Below are positions 11,839 to 22,245 of a stretch of 35,916 bases of DNA, piece after piece; position 1 is the first letter of the stretch, and each line of letters starts with the position of its first letter. Location of the stretch: positions 5,738,562 through 5,774,477 of the forward strand of contig NC_057756.1 in NCBI RefSeq assembly GCF_004010195.1, written 5' to 3'. This DNA comes from Chiloscyllium plagiosum. Lineage: Eukaryota. The notes under the pieces are model-generated. The model was not told the DNA's origin. It saw only the letters and a program-made list of their open reading frames with translations, and searched no databases. The translations under genes and the position numbers were made by a program.

Positions 11839-12100
11839 CTAGCAGGCACTTGTACTGGCGAGTGACCCATTCCGCCCCCTCAGATGTGTAAAAGGAATGG
11901 GTATGGGGGGAGAAGGGGGGGAGGGTGTGATTATTCCACTCAAGCGCGTTGGCCCCATGCTACACACCCAGGAACTAGACTGATCTGACTGCAAAGCATA
12001 TTCATAACTCAAACGCAGAGAAGTGTTGAAGTGTAGACTAGTCGATACTGGTCCAGTCTGAGTCATTAGAAAACACAGTACTACTGTCCGTTTCCAGTTA
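11839..12100 (-). pseudogene. env: ERV-B env SU N-terminal fragment
   Basis: Directly after the IN end: VVLCFLMTQTG...NTSLRLSYEYALQSDQSSSWVCSMGP...PIPIPF. SWVC (TCC) is one base from the class I env CWVC motif. Confidence 0.55.
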
Positions 12101-12326
12101 CCAATGAGGTTGGGGCTTCCCCGTGCAGTGTGAGACGTGGATCCACCTGGGTGACCTTTGACTTTAACAGCATTGTTGGCGGTCAGCAGGATCTGTAATG
12201 GCCCCTCGAACTCTGGAGGCTGGTCTTTCTCATGAGCACGTTGTACATGAATTCTCCTGGTTCCAAATTATGGCACTCTCTTCCAGATGGGTCAAGTTAA
12301 GCTTTCTTTAGCTGTGAATGGAAGGT

Positions 12327-12500
12327 AGATTAGATTAGATTCCCTACAGTGTGGAAACAGGCCCTTCGGTCCAACTAGTCCAGACCGACCCTCCGAAGAG
12401 TAACCCACCCAGACCCATTCCCCCTAAGTAAAGCACCTAACTCTACGGGCAATTTAGCATGACCAATTCACCTAACCTGCACACCTTTGGACTGTAGAGG
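12327..12500 (-). mobile_element. 5'-truncated HE1-type SINE in ERV-B integrase
   Basis: tagattagattagattccctacagtgtggaaacaggccc...tttggactgt. Confidence 0.85.
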
Positions 12501-13499
12501 TACGTTTAGTTAGTGACATACAAGAATAATTCATGTCCTAAATATTAATTTAAGATTACAATGATTTGAATATTAATTTAAAATATTTTTTCTTCATTTT
12601 ATGGCTGCCCATTTGTTTAACAGTAAGACAGGTAACCAAAGCAGGTGTCCCATAACGATCTCATGGTAACGTCCTGTCGTCCTGTTGGTAGCAGATCGCA
12701 GAGACATTAGGGCTAAAGGTTGAATTTCGATCCACTTAAGGCCAGTTTCCCCACACAGTTTTGCAAGTTAATTTTTCAACATTCCATTAATATCTTTCTA
12801 CTAGTCCAGCTGACTGCGGATGGTAGCTGCAGTGAAAAGACTGGTTGATCTGCAAAGCTTCAGTAAAAGTGTGACCCATTGACACTTGATATCTGCACAG
12901 ATACACCGAACCGTGGTACAATTTCTTTTAACAAATACTTAGCGACTGCAGTTGCATCATTCCTCCCACAGGGAAAGGCCTGTTTAGAGAATACATCAAT
13001 AATTACAAGTATATACTTATCTCCCATAAATGGGAGTAGTTTGACAAAATCCATTTACAAATGTTCAAAAGGCCCGGGTAGGAATTGGGTGGGAGTTGCC
13101 TGCACTTTTTTCTGTTTTCCCGGATTCATAGTTTGGCCGGTTTGTTTGCTGGTGTGTACCATGTTTTTAAAATGTAGTCTGCCATCCCCCTCTTTGCCTG
13201 CATGTGTGAATGAGCGAACATGGTGGGAAATCGTGGGAGCAGAGCTCTGGGAGCCACCATGCAGCCGCCGTGATGAGCCCAAACCCTCCCACCTCCCCCT
13301 CCAGTATCTTTTATCACCCTGATCTTGTGGCCAGGTCAACACCAGCTCAGCACTGGCCTGAAACTGAAAGGGCAACATATCATCAATTGTGGGTGGTAAA
13401 TCAATGGCTTTAAAATGTCTCCAAACAAAGGCCGAGACCTGCAAACTAGGATCAGACAAGGAGGCATTGTGAGCCATTATGTCAGCCCTGCATAACCTC

Positions 13500-13595
13500 A
13501 TAAAAACAATGACAGCAGACGCTGGAAACCAGATATCTGGATTAGTAGTGCTGGAAGAGCACAGCAGTTCAGGCAGCATCCGAGGAGCAGTAAAA
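13500..13595 (-). repeat. Penelope pLTR-derived fragment
   Basis: gctggaagagcacagcagttcaggcagcatccgaggagcagtaaaa; reverse complement of 15688-15745. Confidence 0.7.
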
Positions 13596-13937
13596 TATCT
13601 GCTTGACATTTAATAATCACGACCTGCTGAGGACGTTGAATACCACGCAAGAGGGTTGTGAACATGTTCAGCATTTTTGATCATTGAGCTCGACGAGGCT
13701 AGACAACCCCTGAGTGTCCAGATCTGTACATAGTCATGAGCGATACCAAATGCATTACGTGAGTCAGTGTAAGTGTTAACTGTTTTGCCAGTAGCCACTA
13801 TGTATGCCCGTGTGAGGGGAAAAAAAAGTTCAGCTTGTTGAGCAGAGAAAGTTTTGGGGAGAGCTGCTGCTTTGACGGTAGGGTAGTGACTATAGCAGTG
13901 TCCATTGTCATTCATTAAGGCAGAATCATTGACAAAA

Positions 13938-14257
13938 TAGATTAGATTTTTAGATTAGATTACAGTGTGGAAACAGGCCCTTCGGCCCAACAAGTCCACA
14001 CCGACCCGCCGAAGCGCAACCCACCCATTCCCCTACATTTACCCCTTACCTAACACTACGGGCAATTTAGCATGGCCAATTCACCTGACCTGCACATCTT
14101 TGGACTGTGGGAGGAAACCGGAGCACCCGGAGGAAACCCACGCAGACACGGGGAGAATGTGCAAACTCCACACAGTCAGTCGCCTGAGGCGGGAACTGAA
14201 CCCGGGTCTCTGGCGCTGTGAGGCGGCAGTGCTAACCACTGTGCCACCGTGCCGCCC
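13938..14257 (-). mobile_element. Full-length HE1-type SINE inserted at the start of ERV-B RNase H
   Basis: Near-identical to 8873-9183. Confidence 0.9.
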
Positions 14258-14615
14258 ACTATTAAGTCCAGGTTTCCTGGGGCGGGGTCTCACTTATATC
14301 AGCCCAAGGTTTTGAGACTAGCTGAGTAACTGTCTCACAGCAATGAGGGGTGCCATCTTCAGGGATCAGCAGAAGCGTTGCCAGATTTAAGGTCGAGCAG
14401 TGATTGATGATCAAGTTCGGATTATAGAGTAATTCCACTGCACATTTAATGGTGTGAGCCGAGGTCAGTTGTTGAGTGGCACGTTTGGTCAATAGGATCT
14501 GAACAGAGTGGGAAACATGTCATACAGTACGATGGTTCAGAGGGACAGCTCCAGCTTGTTGGATGGCATAGAAGGTGGCAGGGAGGGCAGGCAGGCAGCT
14601 GGGTAAGCCCCACCA

Positions 14616-15372
14616 ACAATAAATGGTATTGGTGGATGTGCAGGTAAAACCTTGATGGATATGGAAGGCTCCTTTAAGGCCTTGGATGGAGGTGTGAACT
14701 GTAAAACCTGCGCCCACAGCTCCTCCCTCACCTCGATCCAAGGCCCTAAAGGAGCCTTCCACATCCATCAAGGTTTTACCTGCACATCCACTAATATAAT
14801 TTATTGTATCCGTTGCTCCCGATGCAGTCTCCTCTACATTGGGGAGACTGGGCGCCTCCTAGCAGAGCGCTTTAGGGAACATCTCCGAGACACCCGCACC
14901 AATCAACCAAACCGCCCCGTGGCTCAACATTTCAACTCCCCCTCCCACTCTGCCGAGGACATGGAGGTGCTGGGCCTCCTTCACATGCCGCTCCCTCACC
15001 ACCAGACGCCTCGAGGAAGAACGCCTCATCTTCCGCCTCGGAACACTGCAACCCTAGGGCATCAATGTGGACTTCAACAGCTTCCTCATTTCCCCTTCCC
15101 CCACCTCATCCTAGTTTCTAACCTCCAGCGCAGCACTGTCCTCATGACTTGTCCGGACTTGTCCGACCTGCCCAGCTCCTTTTCCACCTATCCACTCCAC
15201 CCTCTCCACCTTGACCTATCACCTTCATCTCCTCCCCCACTCACCTATTGTACTCTATGCTACTCTCTCCCCACCCCCACTCTCCCCGAGCTTATCTCTC
15301 CACGCTTCAGGCTCTCTGCCTTTATTCCTGATGAAGGGCTTTTGCCCGAAACGTCGATTTTGCCTGTCCTCA
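14616..15372 (+). mobile_element. 5'-truncated Penelope-like element (GIY-YIG domain + pLTR) with inverted 5' duplication
   Basis: CKTC..FTCTSTNIIYCIRCSRCSLLYIGETGRLLAERFREH..VAQHF. Arms 14616-14694 and 14729-14807 are inverted copies. Confidence 0.9.
15322..15360 (+). ncRNA. Minimal hammerhead ribozyme motif in Penelope pLTR
   Basis: CTGATGA (15328-15334), A, stem GGGC-TTTT-GCCC, GAAA, CGTC. Intact catalytic core and GUC cleavage triplet. Confidence 0.75.
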
Positions 15373-15877
15373 GACAAAATCAGACCTATGGTAGACAAGT
15401 AAGTTAAAGGGCTCTGCACAGGCAGGAAAGCCTAGCTCTGGAGCTGAGATACGGGATTACTTGAGGGATTTAAAAGCATCTTTGACTTGCTCATTCCAGA
15501 TCAGGAGATCAGGCTGCGAGGGCGTGGAAATGTTTAGGAGTGGGCGGACTAGCTCGGCAATAATTAACCACCCATTGTCAACAATATCCAGACATGTCTA
15601 ATAAAATGTTTAACTCGTGGGTCTGCTCCTGGGCCTGACCAAACCGGCCATAAACAGGTCCAGGCAGCGGGCCGTAGAGGGGTTTGTTTTACTGCTCCTC
15701 GGACGCTGCCTGAACTGCTGTGCTCTTCCAGCACCCCTAATCCACATAGGGGTTTGTTAGGGCTGATGGCCTGCTCCTCTTCCGCGGTTATGTTAGAGCC
15801 CGGGTGTCTCTGGAGAAGGAGCACGTGGTGTCTAACACCCTCGCGACTTTCAGGGAAAGGTCGGCACTGCAGTGTGT

Positions 15878-16365
15878 ATTATTTCTCCCTCCAACTCTAT
15901 TTTGATTTAATCCCTCCCCTCCCCTTCACTGTTTGATCACACAGCACTGCCCTTTAATGTGAAGGGCACTGCGTGTCACTGGCCACTTGGGGGTTTCCTA
16001 TCTTCCTGGTGATGGGAATTGAATAAAGATTCGTGCACCTTGTGTCTCTCACTGTGTCTCACACCTGCTCACACACACACCATGGGTGCTGGGGAAAATA
16101 AGCACTACCGCAGTCAGGGGGTAGTGTGGGAGTAAAGAAAAAAATATATAACCAGGAGATTCAGAGTTCGCTTCTCAGATTAGGGGACGGACTCTGTGCT
16201 GGCTGGGCCACAGTCAGTGTGCTACTGCTGGCTCTGAAGAGGAGAGTTTCTTTGTCTCTTTTCCTATAAAGTTTAATCTCCCTTTTACTCTCGGGCAGTG
16301 GGGCTGAGCATTTAATCTGCCAGCCCAGTGTAGTTCATGTCCCTAATAGTGGACTCTTTCAGACA
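15878..16365. repeat. Unclassified insertion(s) splitting ERV-B RT
   Basis: RT reads ...HEVSEAKLQ down to ~16368 and resumes near 15875. The insert has AATAAA, a (CA)n run, small hairpins and an A-rich tract at ~16133-16145. Confidence 0.5.
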
Positions 16366-17239
16366 GAGATTGTAGCTTAGCTTCAGAAACTTCATGGTTA
16401 GGAATCATAGCAGTATCAAGGAATGAGTCTCGCAAACCAGCTTACAAGGAGATGTGAAAAGCAAGTCATCCCCATACTGTCTGCTTGAAAAATTACAACT
16501 TCCAGGTTTTCAAACACTGGGAGAAAATGATAGGGGTTTCTGCAGGTGTCGAGCCCAGGTGTATTGGTTTCCTCAGCAGGTGAAAGAACTGCGAGTCCGG
16601 GTGTATTGGTGTGGGGAAAAAAGCCAAGTACAAATCGATGGAGGGAGCCCGCCCGAACACTAGCGAGAATGGCAGCCGGTTTGGGGACCACTGGGTAGGT
16701 GGGAAAGGCCGATTCATTAGCTGCCCGGAGGTTCTGAACAAAGTGCCACTTTGAAATGTCAGGATAGGGGTAGTGCAGGGGTTTCCGGTCGGCACAATAA
16801 CACCCTGCTCAAGGAGAGACGTAATGACAGCAAGGGTGCTGCCTAGGAACAGTTGAGCCATGTACCGTGGATGGCTTTGACTTGATTGCAAACATGCCAT
16901 ATTTCTCCTCTGGATGTGGACCTTAATTCCGTTTTCTGAGCATAAGATGACAGCGTTCATTTTGCACAAGTCTCTCCCGCATAGATTCAAAGGGGACTCG
17001 ACAAACAGGAGGAATGGGTGGTAATGATCAAACCCGCGAGTAGGGACATGTAGAGGGTCAGAAAATGATACAGGCCATGAGGTGCCTGTAAGCCCTGAGA
17101 TTGTAACAGGGGTGGTTGAGTGAGAGGTCTCCTTAGCATGTTCCTCAGTCACGAGGGAGAAAGTTTCTTTTGTGTTCACTAAAAACCAATTTAGCTGGGG
17201 TTGCTGGCGAGTTGGACACTTATTAGACCAATGGCAAAA

Positions 17240-18295
17240 AAGTGTGACGCTGGAAAAGCACAGCCAACCAGGCAGCATCTGAGGAGCAGGAGAGTCGATG
17301 TTTGGAGCATCAGCTCTTCATCAGGAATTTTCTTTTGGGGGGGCATGGATTGCAAGGGGGCTGGGATATAATTGGGAGGGGGAATGGATAGATGGGAAGG
17401 AAGATGGACAAAAACGACAGTTCAAGAGGGCAGTGCCGAATTGCAGGGTTGGATCTGGGATAAGGTGGGGGGGGAAGGTGGAGATGAGGCAACTGGTGAA
17501 ATCTACATTGATTCCATGTGTTTGGAGGGTCCTAAGGCAGAAGATGAGGTGTTCTTTCTCCTGTCATGGAGTGGCTAGGATTTGGTGGTGGCAGAGGCCC
17601 AGGGCTGGCATGTCCTTGGGGGATTGGGAGGGGGAGTTAAAGTGTTCAGCCACAGGGCGGTTGGGTTGTTTGGTGCATGTGTCCAAGAGGTGTTCTCTGA
17701 TACATTCCGCAAGTTGGCGTCCTGTCTCCCCAATGTAGAGGAGACCACATCGAGTGCAATGGACACAGTAGATGAGGCATTTGGAGGTGCAGGAAAATCT
17801 CTGCTGGATGCGGAAGGATACTTTGGGGCCTTGGATGGAGATGAGGGGGGAGGTGTGGGCACAGGTTTTACACCTCTTGCAGTGGCAAAGGAAAGTGCCA
17901 GGAGTGGACGGTGGGTGGGGATGCGGACCTTACGAGAGAGTTAAGGAGGGAATGGTCTATGGAATGCTGAAAGGGATGGGGAGGCAAATATATCTCTGGT
18001 GGTGGGGTCTGACTGTGGGTGTTTGAATTAGCAGAGGATGATGCATTGTATCTGGAGGTTGGTGGGGTGGAAGGTGAGGACAGGGGGTTCTGTCCTTGTA
18101 GCGGTTTTCGGGGTTCAAGGGACAAGGTGCCTGATAACAGCTCCTCCCAATTAACATTGCTTAGCTGGATGTTAGTTTGGTCACTGAGCTGGGGGCAGGG
18201 GGTGGAGGTGGGTAAGGACAGGAGAGAAGGTGTTCAATCTCGACAATTATTGAAGTCGATACTGAGTCCACAAGGTTGCAAGGTTCTCAAGAAGG
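17240..18295 (-). mobile_element. Penelope-like element 3' part (GIY-YIG + pLTR with degenerate hammerhead)
   Basis: Reverse-complement similarity to 14700-15370 and 30100-30900. attcctgatgaagagctgatgctccaaacatcga on the minus strand at ~17295-17328. Confidence 0.85.
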
Positions 18296-18318
18296 AAAAA
18301 ATATAGAATAAGGATGGC

Positions 18319-18575
18319 ACTGTGAGGAACAGAGCTGAAAATGTGTTGCTGGAAAAGCGCAGCAGGTCAGGCAGCATCCAAGGAGCAGGAGAATCGACGT
18401 TTCGGGAATGAGCCCTTCTTCAGGAATTCCTGTAGAAGGGCTCATGCCAGCAACGTCGATTCTCCTGCTCCTTGGATACTGCCTGACCTGCTGCATTTTT
18501 CCAGTAACACATTTTCAGCTCTGATCTCCAGCATCTGCAGCCCTCACTTTCTCCTACTGTGAGGAACAGTGCTGA
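18319..18575. mobile_element. Fold-back Penelope pLTR mini-element with target-site duplication
   Basis: 97-bp inverted arms 18330-18426 / 18427-18523 with no spacer. Direct repeat actgtgaggaacag(a/t)gctga at 18319-18338 and 18556-18575. Confidence 0.9.
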
Positions 18576-18649
18576 CCACCAAGACATTAGGCTGCTCCTA
18601 AATTAAACAAACATTAGAAAACCATACCTTGTAAATTACTGATTAAGGA

Positions 18650-18767
18650 TTTTTGCCACAAATATCGATTCTCCTGTTCCATCGGATGCTGCCCTGACCT
18701 GCTGCGCTTTTCCAGCACCACACTCTCGACTCTAATCCCCACCATCTGCAGCCCTCACTTTTGCCTT
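18650..18767 (+). repeat. Penelope pLTR fragment
   Basis: tcgattctcctgttcc...gacctgctgcgcttttccagcacc...atctgcagccctcacttt. Confidence 0.75.
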
Positions 18768-19199
18768 GGAAATTCGACTCTAAGGTGTTTATCATACTGA
18801 TTTGGAAATATATTGATTATTATTCCATCCTGGGGAATTAGGAATGGGGATTTTTTTTAATGCTCTGGCTTCAGTATAAAACAAGGAGATGTTAGGAAAA
18901 GCAGAGAGGATGGATATTCACTTGTTCCTTAAATCAATCAGGAGATATGCACCTTCCTGGCTGGGTGAGTTTTTATTGGCCATTCCAATTTGCCTTCATA
19001 AATCGATCTAGTGTGTTGTAGATAGAATTCCCTACTGGCTGGGAATCTTGGGTCTAAGATTTCAACCCAATGTCGCAGAAGGATTGGTCAAAGGATTGGA
19101 GCAGATTCATGGGGATTCTGGTGTTCCAAAATATCTGCTGCTCTTACGTTTCGCAAACGTTGACACCGCTCAATAATCGCCAGACAGGAATATTCCCTC

Positions 19200-19520
19200 C
19201 CAGTCAGGGAATATTTCAGCTGTCAAAGGGAACTCAGCCTCTGATCTTCAGGTAAGTGTCCTCCAAGGCAGACTTCGAGGTCCACAACAATGCAGAATCA
19301 CTGAGCAGAAACTGATAGCCAAGTTCCCTACCCACGAAGGTATCATCAACTGTGATCTTGGGGTCATGTCACACTACAGGTGACCCCACCACACTGTTCT
19401 CTACCTGTAAAATCTTCCTTACTTTCCTATTCCGTCAGCATCACCTTGATAAATTGTATGAACTCTCTATCTTAATTAGTTTGTACAGTTTTGAATTACT
19501 TCGTACATTCTGTCACACAC
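19200..19520 (+). mobile_element. Penelope-like element of a second family, GIY-YIG C-terminal end
   Basis: SASDLQVSVLQG...RITEQKLIAKF.THEGIINCDLG...* parallels the E...I..L.T..P.GIN end of the GIY-YIG domain. Confidence 0.55.
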
Positions 19521-20039
19521 ACACACTCTGTGTCTCACACACACAAACATATTCACACTCACACAGTACATCTTGGTCCGATTAACGTACCATCTATCCA
19601 CAGCAGCCAGCTATTATCAGAAGGGACAAAGTGATGCAACTTGAACAGATGTAACATTGCTATCAGCAGCCTGACCTAGAGTCTCACTATGAATGGACAG
19701 ACCCTGTCTAAGCTGGTAAGACAAGCAGTGATTAATCTCACCATCCAACAAACTGATGCAGATTTAGAATGAATACAGTACATGGCAAAGGAATTACCAC
19801 CGATCCTGCATGTGACGGCAGATTGGGTAAAGGTCATGGAAAGAGCCAAAGAAGTTATTCATCAATGGTCAGCACATAGCAAGGAGATTATAACTCATGT
19901 AGATCAGGCTGACAGGGCATCTGAAAAAAACAAGCTAAATCAGATTTGGGACTGGGAACTGAATAGCCAAATACACCCGTGGATCCTGATTATATCCCAT
20001 GTACCAATAATACAACAACTTCTTACCATTGAGCTGCCA

Positions 20040-20282
20040 TTTTCACATTCTGATCACTCAATCTGAACTATCAACATCCTTTCTCCCCCAGCATTTCAAC
20101 TCCCCCTCCCAGTATTGTATAAATGCTGTCCCCTCCACACACTTCATTCTGATGAAGAGATAAACTAGACTTGAAAGGCTAGCTTGCTGTCTGTCCATGG
20201 AAGTTCCCTGACTTGCTGTATCTCCAGCATTTTTTTTTTGCTTTCAGTTGAGATTCCAGGATTCCCAATAGTTTGCTCCTAA
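20040..20282 (+). repeat. Penelope-type terminal repeat (third variant) with degenerate hammerhead core
   Basis: CTGATGA at 20149-20155 ... GAAA, followed by cctgacttgctgtatctccagcattttt, similar to the other pLTRs. Confidence 0.55.
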
Positions 20283-20399
20283 CTTGTTATTTTGATTGTA
20301 TTGATAATGCTAGTGGGTAAGAACAAACAATGTAATGAAGAGCGGTGTCACAGGGAAGTGTGGAAATTGAAGAATCTCCTCAATGTTATGATATCAGCT

Positions 20400-21112
20400 C
20401 TGTGCTAATGGTGGTCCAAATGCATATACATGGCTTAGCATCATTCACAATTCCTCAGGTACTGAAGCAGTCAATGTCCAACTGGACAATATCCAGCTGA
20501 CAAATGCCAAGTGACATTATAGCCGCCCAAGTGCCAGACAATGACCATCTCTCGTGGGGGGGAATCAAACCATCACCCTATGGCATTTAGTAGCATAACT
20601 ATCATTAAATCATTAACATTCTGGAGGTTACTTTTGAACAGAAATTATATTGCGTGAGTTAAATATACTGATGTTGCAAGTGCCAGTCAGAGGTCAGGTA
20701 ACTTTCAAAGTAGCTCACCTGCTGACTGCCCAACACCTGTCCACCAAGACACATGTTGGAGCTTTTTTCTTTCATTTGTGAAGGAACGACAATATATTCC
20801 CAAATTAAGACAGTGAGAGGCTTGGAGGGTAACCTGAAGGTGGCGTTCCCATGTATCTGTTGCCCTTGTCCTTCTCGGTGGAAGTGGTTGTGTGTTTGAA
20901 AGGTGCTGTCTGCTGATCTTTGGATGAATTTCTGCAGTGCATCTTGTAGATGGTACATACTGATGGAATAGATGAGTGCAGCTCCGACACTTACGAAGCT
21001 TGACACCATCCAGGACAAAACAGGTCACGAGATTGGTTTCTATCCACAAACATCTATTCCCTCCACTACTACCATTCAGTAACAGCAGAGTGCACTATCT
21101 ACAAGATGCACA
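20400..21112. mobile_element. Degraded LINE (CR1/L2 group) RT 3' region with an inverted segment
   Basis: Plus-strand RT-like pieces 20400-20760 and 20965-21110. Segment 20775-20962 is the inverted 3' end and shares atctacaagatgcac. Confidence 0.55.
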
Positions 21113-21195
21113 TCAGGATTGTGAGCATCGTAACCTGGTGTTGTGTGATTTTTTAAACTTTGTCCACCCCAGTCCAATACTGGCACCTCCACATC

Positions 21196-21290
21196 AAATC
21201 TCCACACAGATAATCACCCGAGGCTGGAATCAAACCTGGGTCCCTGGTACTGTGAGGCAGCAGTGTTAACCACTGAGCCACCATGCCGCA
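21196..21290 (-). mobile_element. SINE tRNA-like head fragment
   Basis: Minus strand gcggcatggtggctcagtggttaacactgctgcctcacagtaccagggacccaggtttgattcc. Confidence 0.8.
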
Positions 21291-21299
21291 CCATTATCT

Positions 21300-22245
21300 T
21301 TAACAATAATTTGGATGAGAATGTACAAGGCATGATTAGTACGTTTGCTGATGACACTGAAATAGGTGGGATCATGGACAGTGAGGAAGGTTCTCAGAAA
21401 TTGCAGCAGGACCTTGTTCAGCTCAGGAAGTGGGCCGAGAAATGGCAAATGGAGTTGAATATAGATAAGTGTGAGGTCCTGAATTTTGGAAAGTCAAATC
21501 AAGGGAGGAGTTTCATGGTGAATGGTAGGGCCTTAAGGAGTGTAGTGGGACAGAGGGACCTTGGAGTTCAGGTGCACGGTTCTCTGAAAGTGGAGTCACA
21601 GTTCGACAGGACAGTGAGGAAGGCTTTTGGCACAATGGCCTTCATCTGTCAGGGCTTTGAATATCGAAGTTGGGAAGTTATGTTGCAGTTGTATAGACGT
21701 TGGCAAGGCTGTATTTGGAATCTTGGTCACCTTGCTACAGGAAGGATGCAATTAAACTGGAAAGTGTGCAGGAGAAATTTACAAAGATGTTGTCAGGATT
21801 CAACGGTTGAGTTAAATGGAGAGGTTGGACAAGTCCAGACTGTTTTCTTTCAAGTGTAGGAGACTGAGAGGGGATCTTTATCGAAGTGTATAAGATCCTG
21901 AGAGACATGGATAGAGTGAATGCACTCAGTCCTTTTCCCAGGGTAGGGGACTCGAGGACTAAAGGGCATCAGTTTAAGGTTAGAGGGGAAAGAATAAAAG
22001 GGAACCTGAGGGGCAACAACTTTACACAGAGGGTGGTACGTACATGGAATGAGCTGCCAGTGGAAGTGGTTGAGGCGGGTACAGTGATATCATTGAAAAG
22101 GCATTTGGACAAATACATGGATAGGAAAGGATTAGAAGGCTAAGTGCAGGGAAATGAGGTTTGCGTGGACGGACATTTTGGTCGGCATGGACCAGTTTGG
22201 CCAAAGGGCCTGTCTCGGTGCTGTCGGATGATGTGTCTCCATGAC
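21300..22245 (+). mobile_element. CR1 LINE RT C-terminal half + 3' UTR
   Basis: ISTFADDTEIGG, WAEKWQMELN, QRDLGVQVHGSLK, QRVVRTWNELP. Confidence 0.9.

Larger units (their letters stand above)
11820..17238 (-). mobile_element. ERV-B: decayed class I endogenous retrovirus (gag end-pro-RT-RNase H-IN-env 5'), with multiple nested insertions
   Basis: Collinear motifs on the minus strand: HWSNKCP (NC knuckle end), FLVNTKET (DTG site decayed) and GRDL, IDLYLAFF..HPDSQ, QYGDDLL (YGDD at 16465-16476), SAQQAEL and YTDSR (RNase H), MDF..IDVFSK..EIVPRFG (IN), WIHVSHC. No LTR recognised. Confidence 0.85.

Noticed and set aside
13055..13609. 184-aa and 261-aa (16493-17278) ORFs as novel fusion proteins
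   Set aside because: The N-termini come from pLTR inserts read through into frameshifted ERV pol, and key catalytic motifs are decayed.
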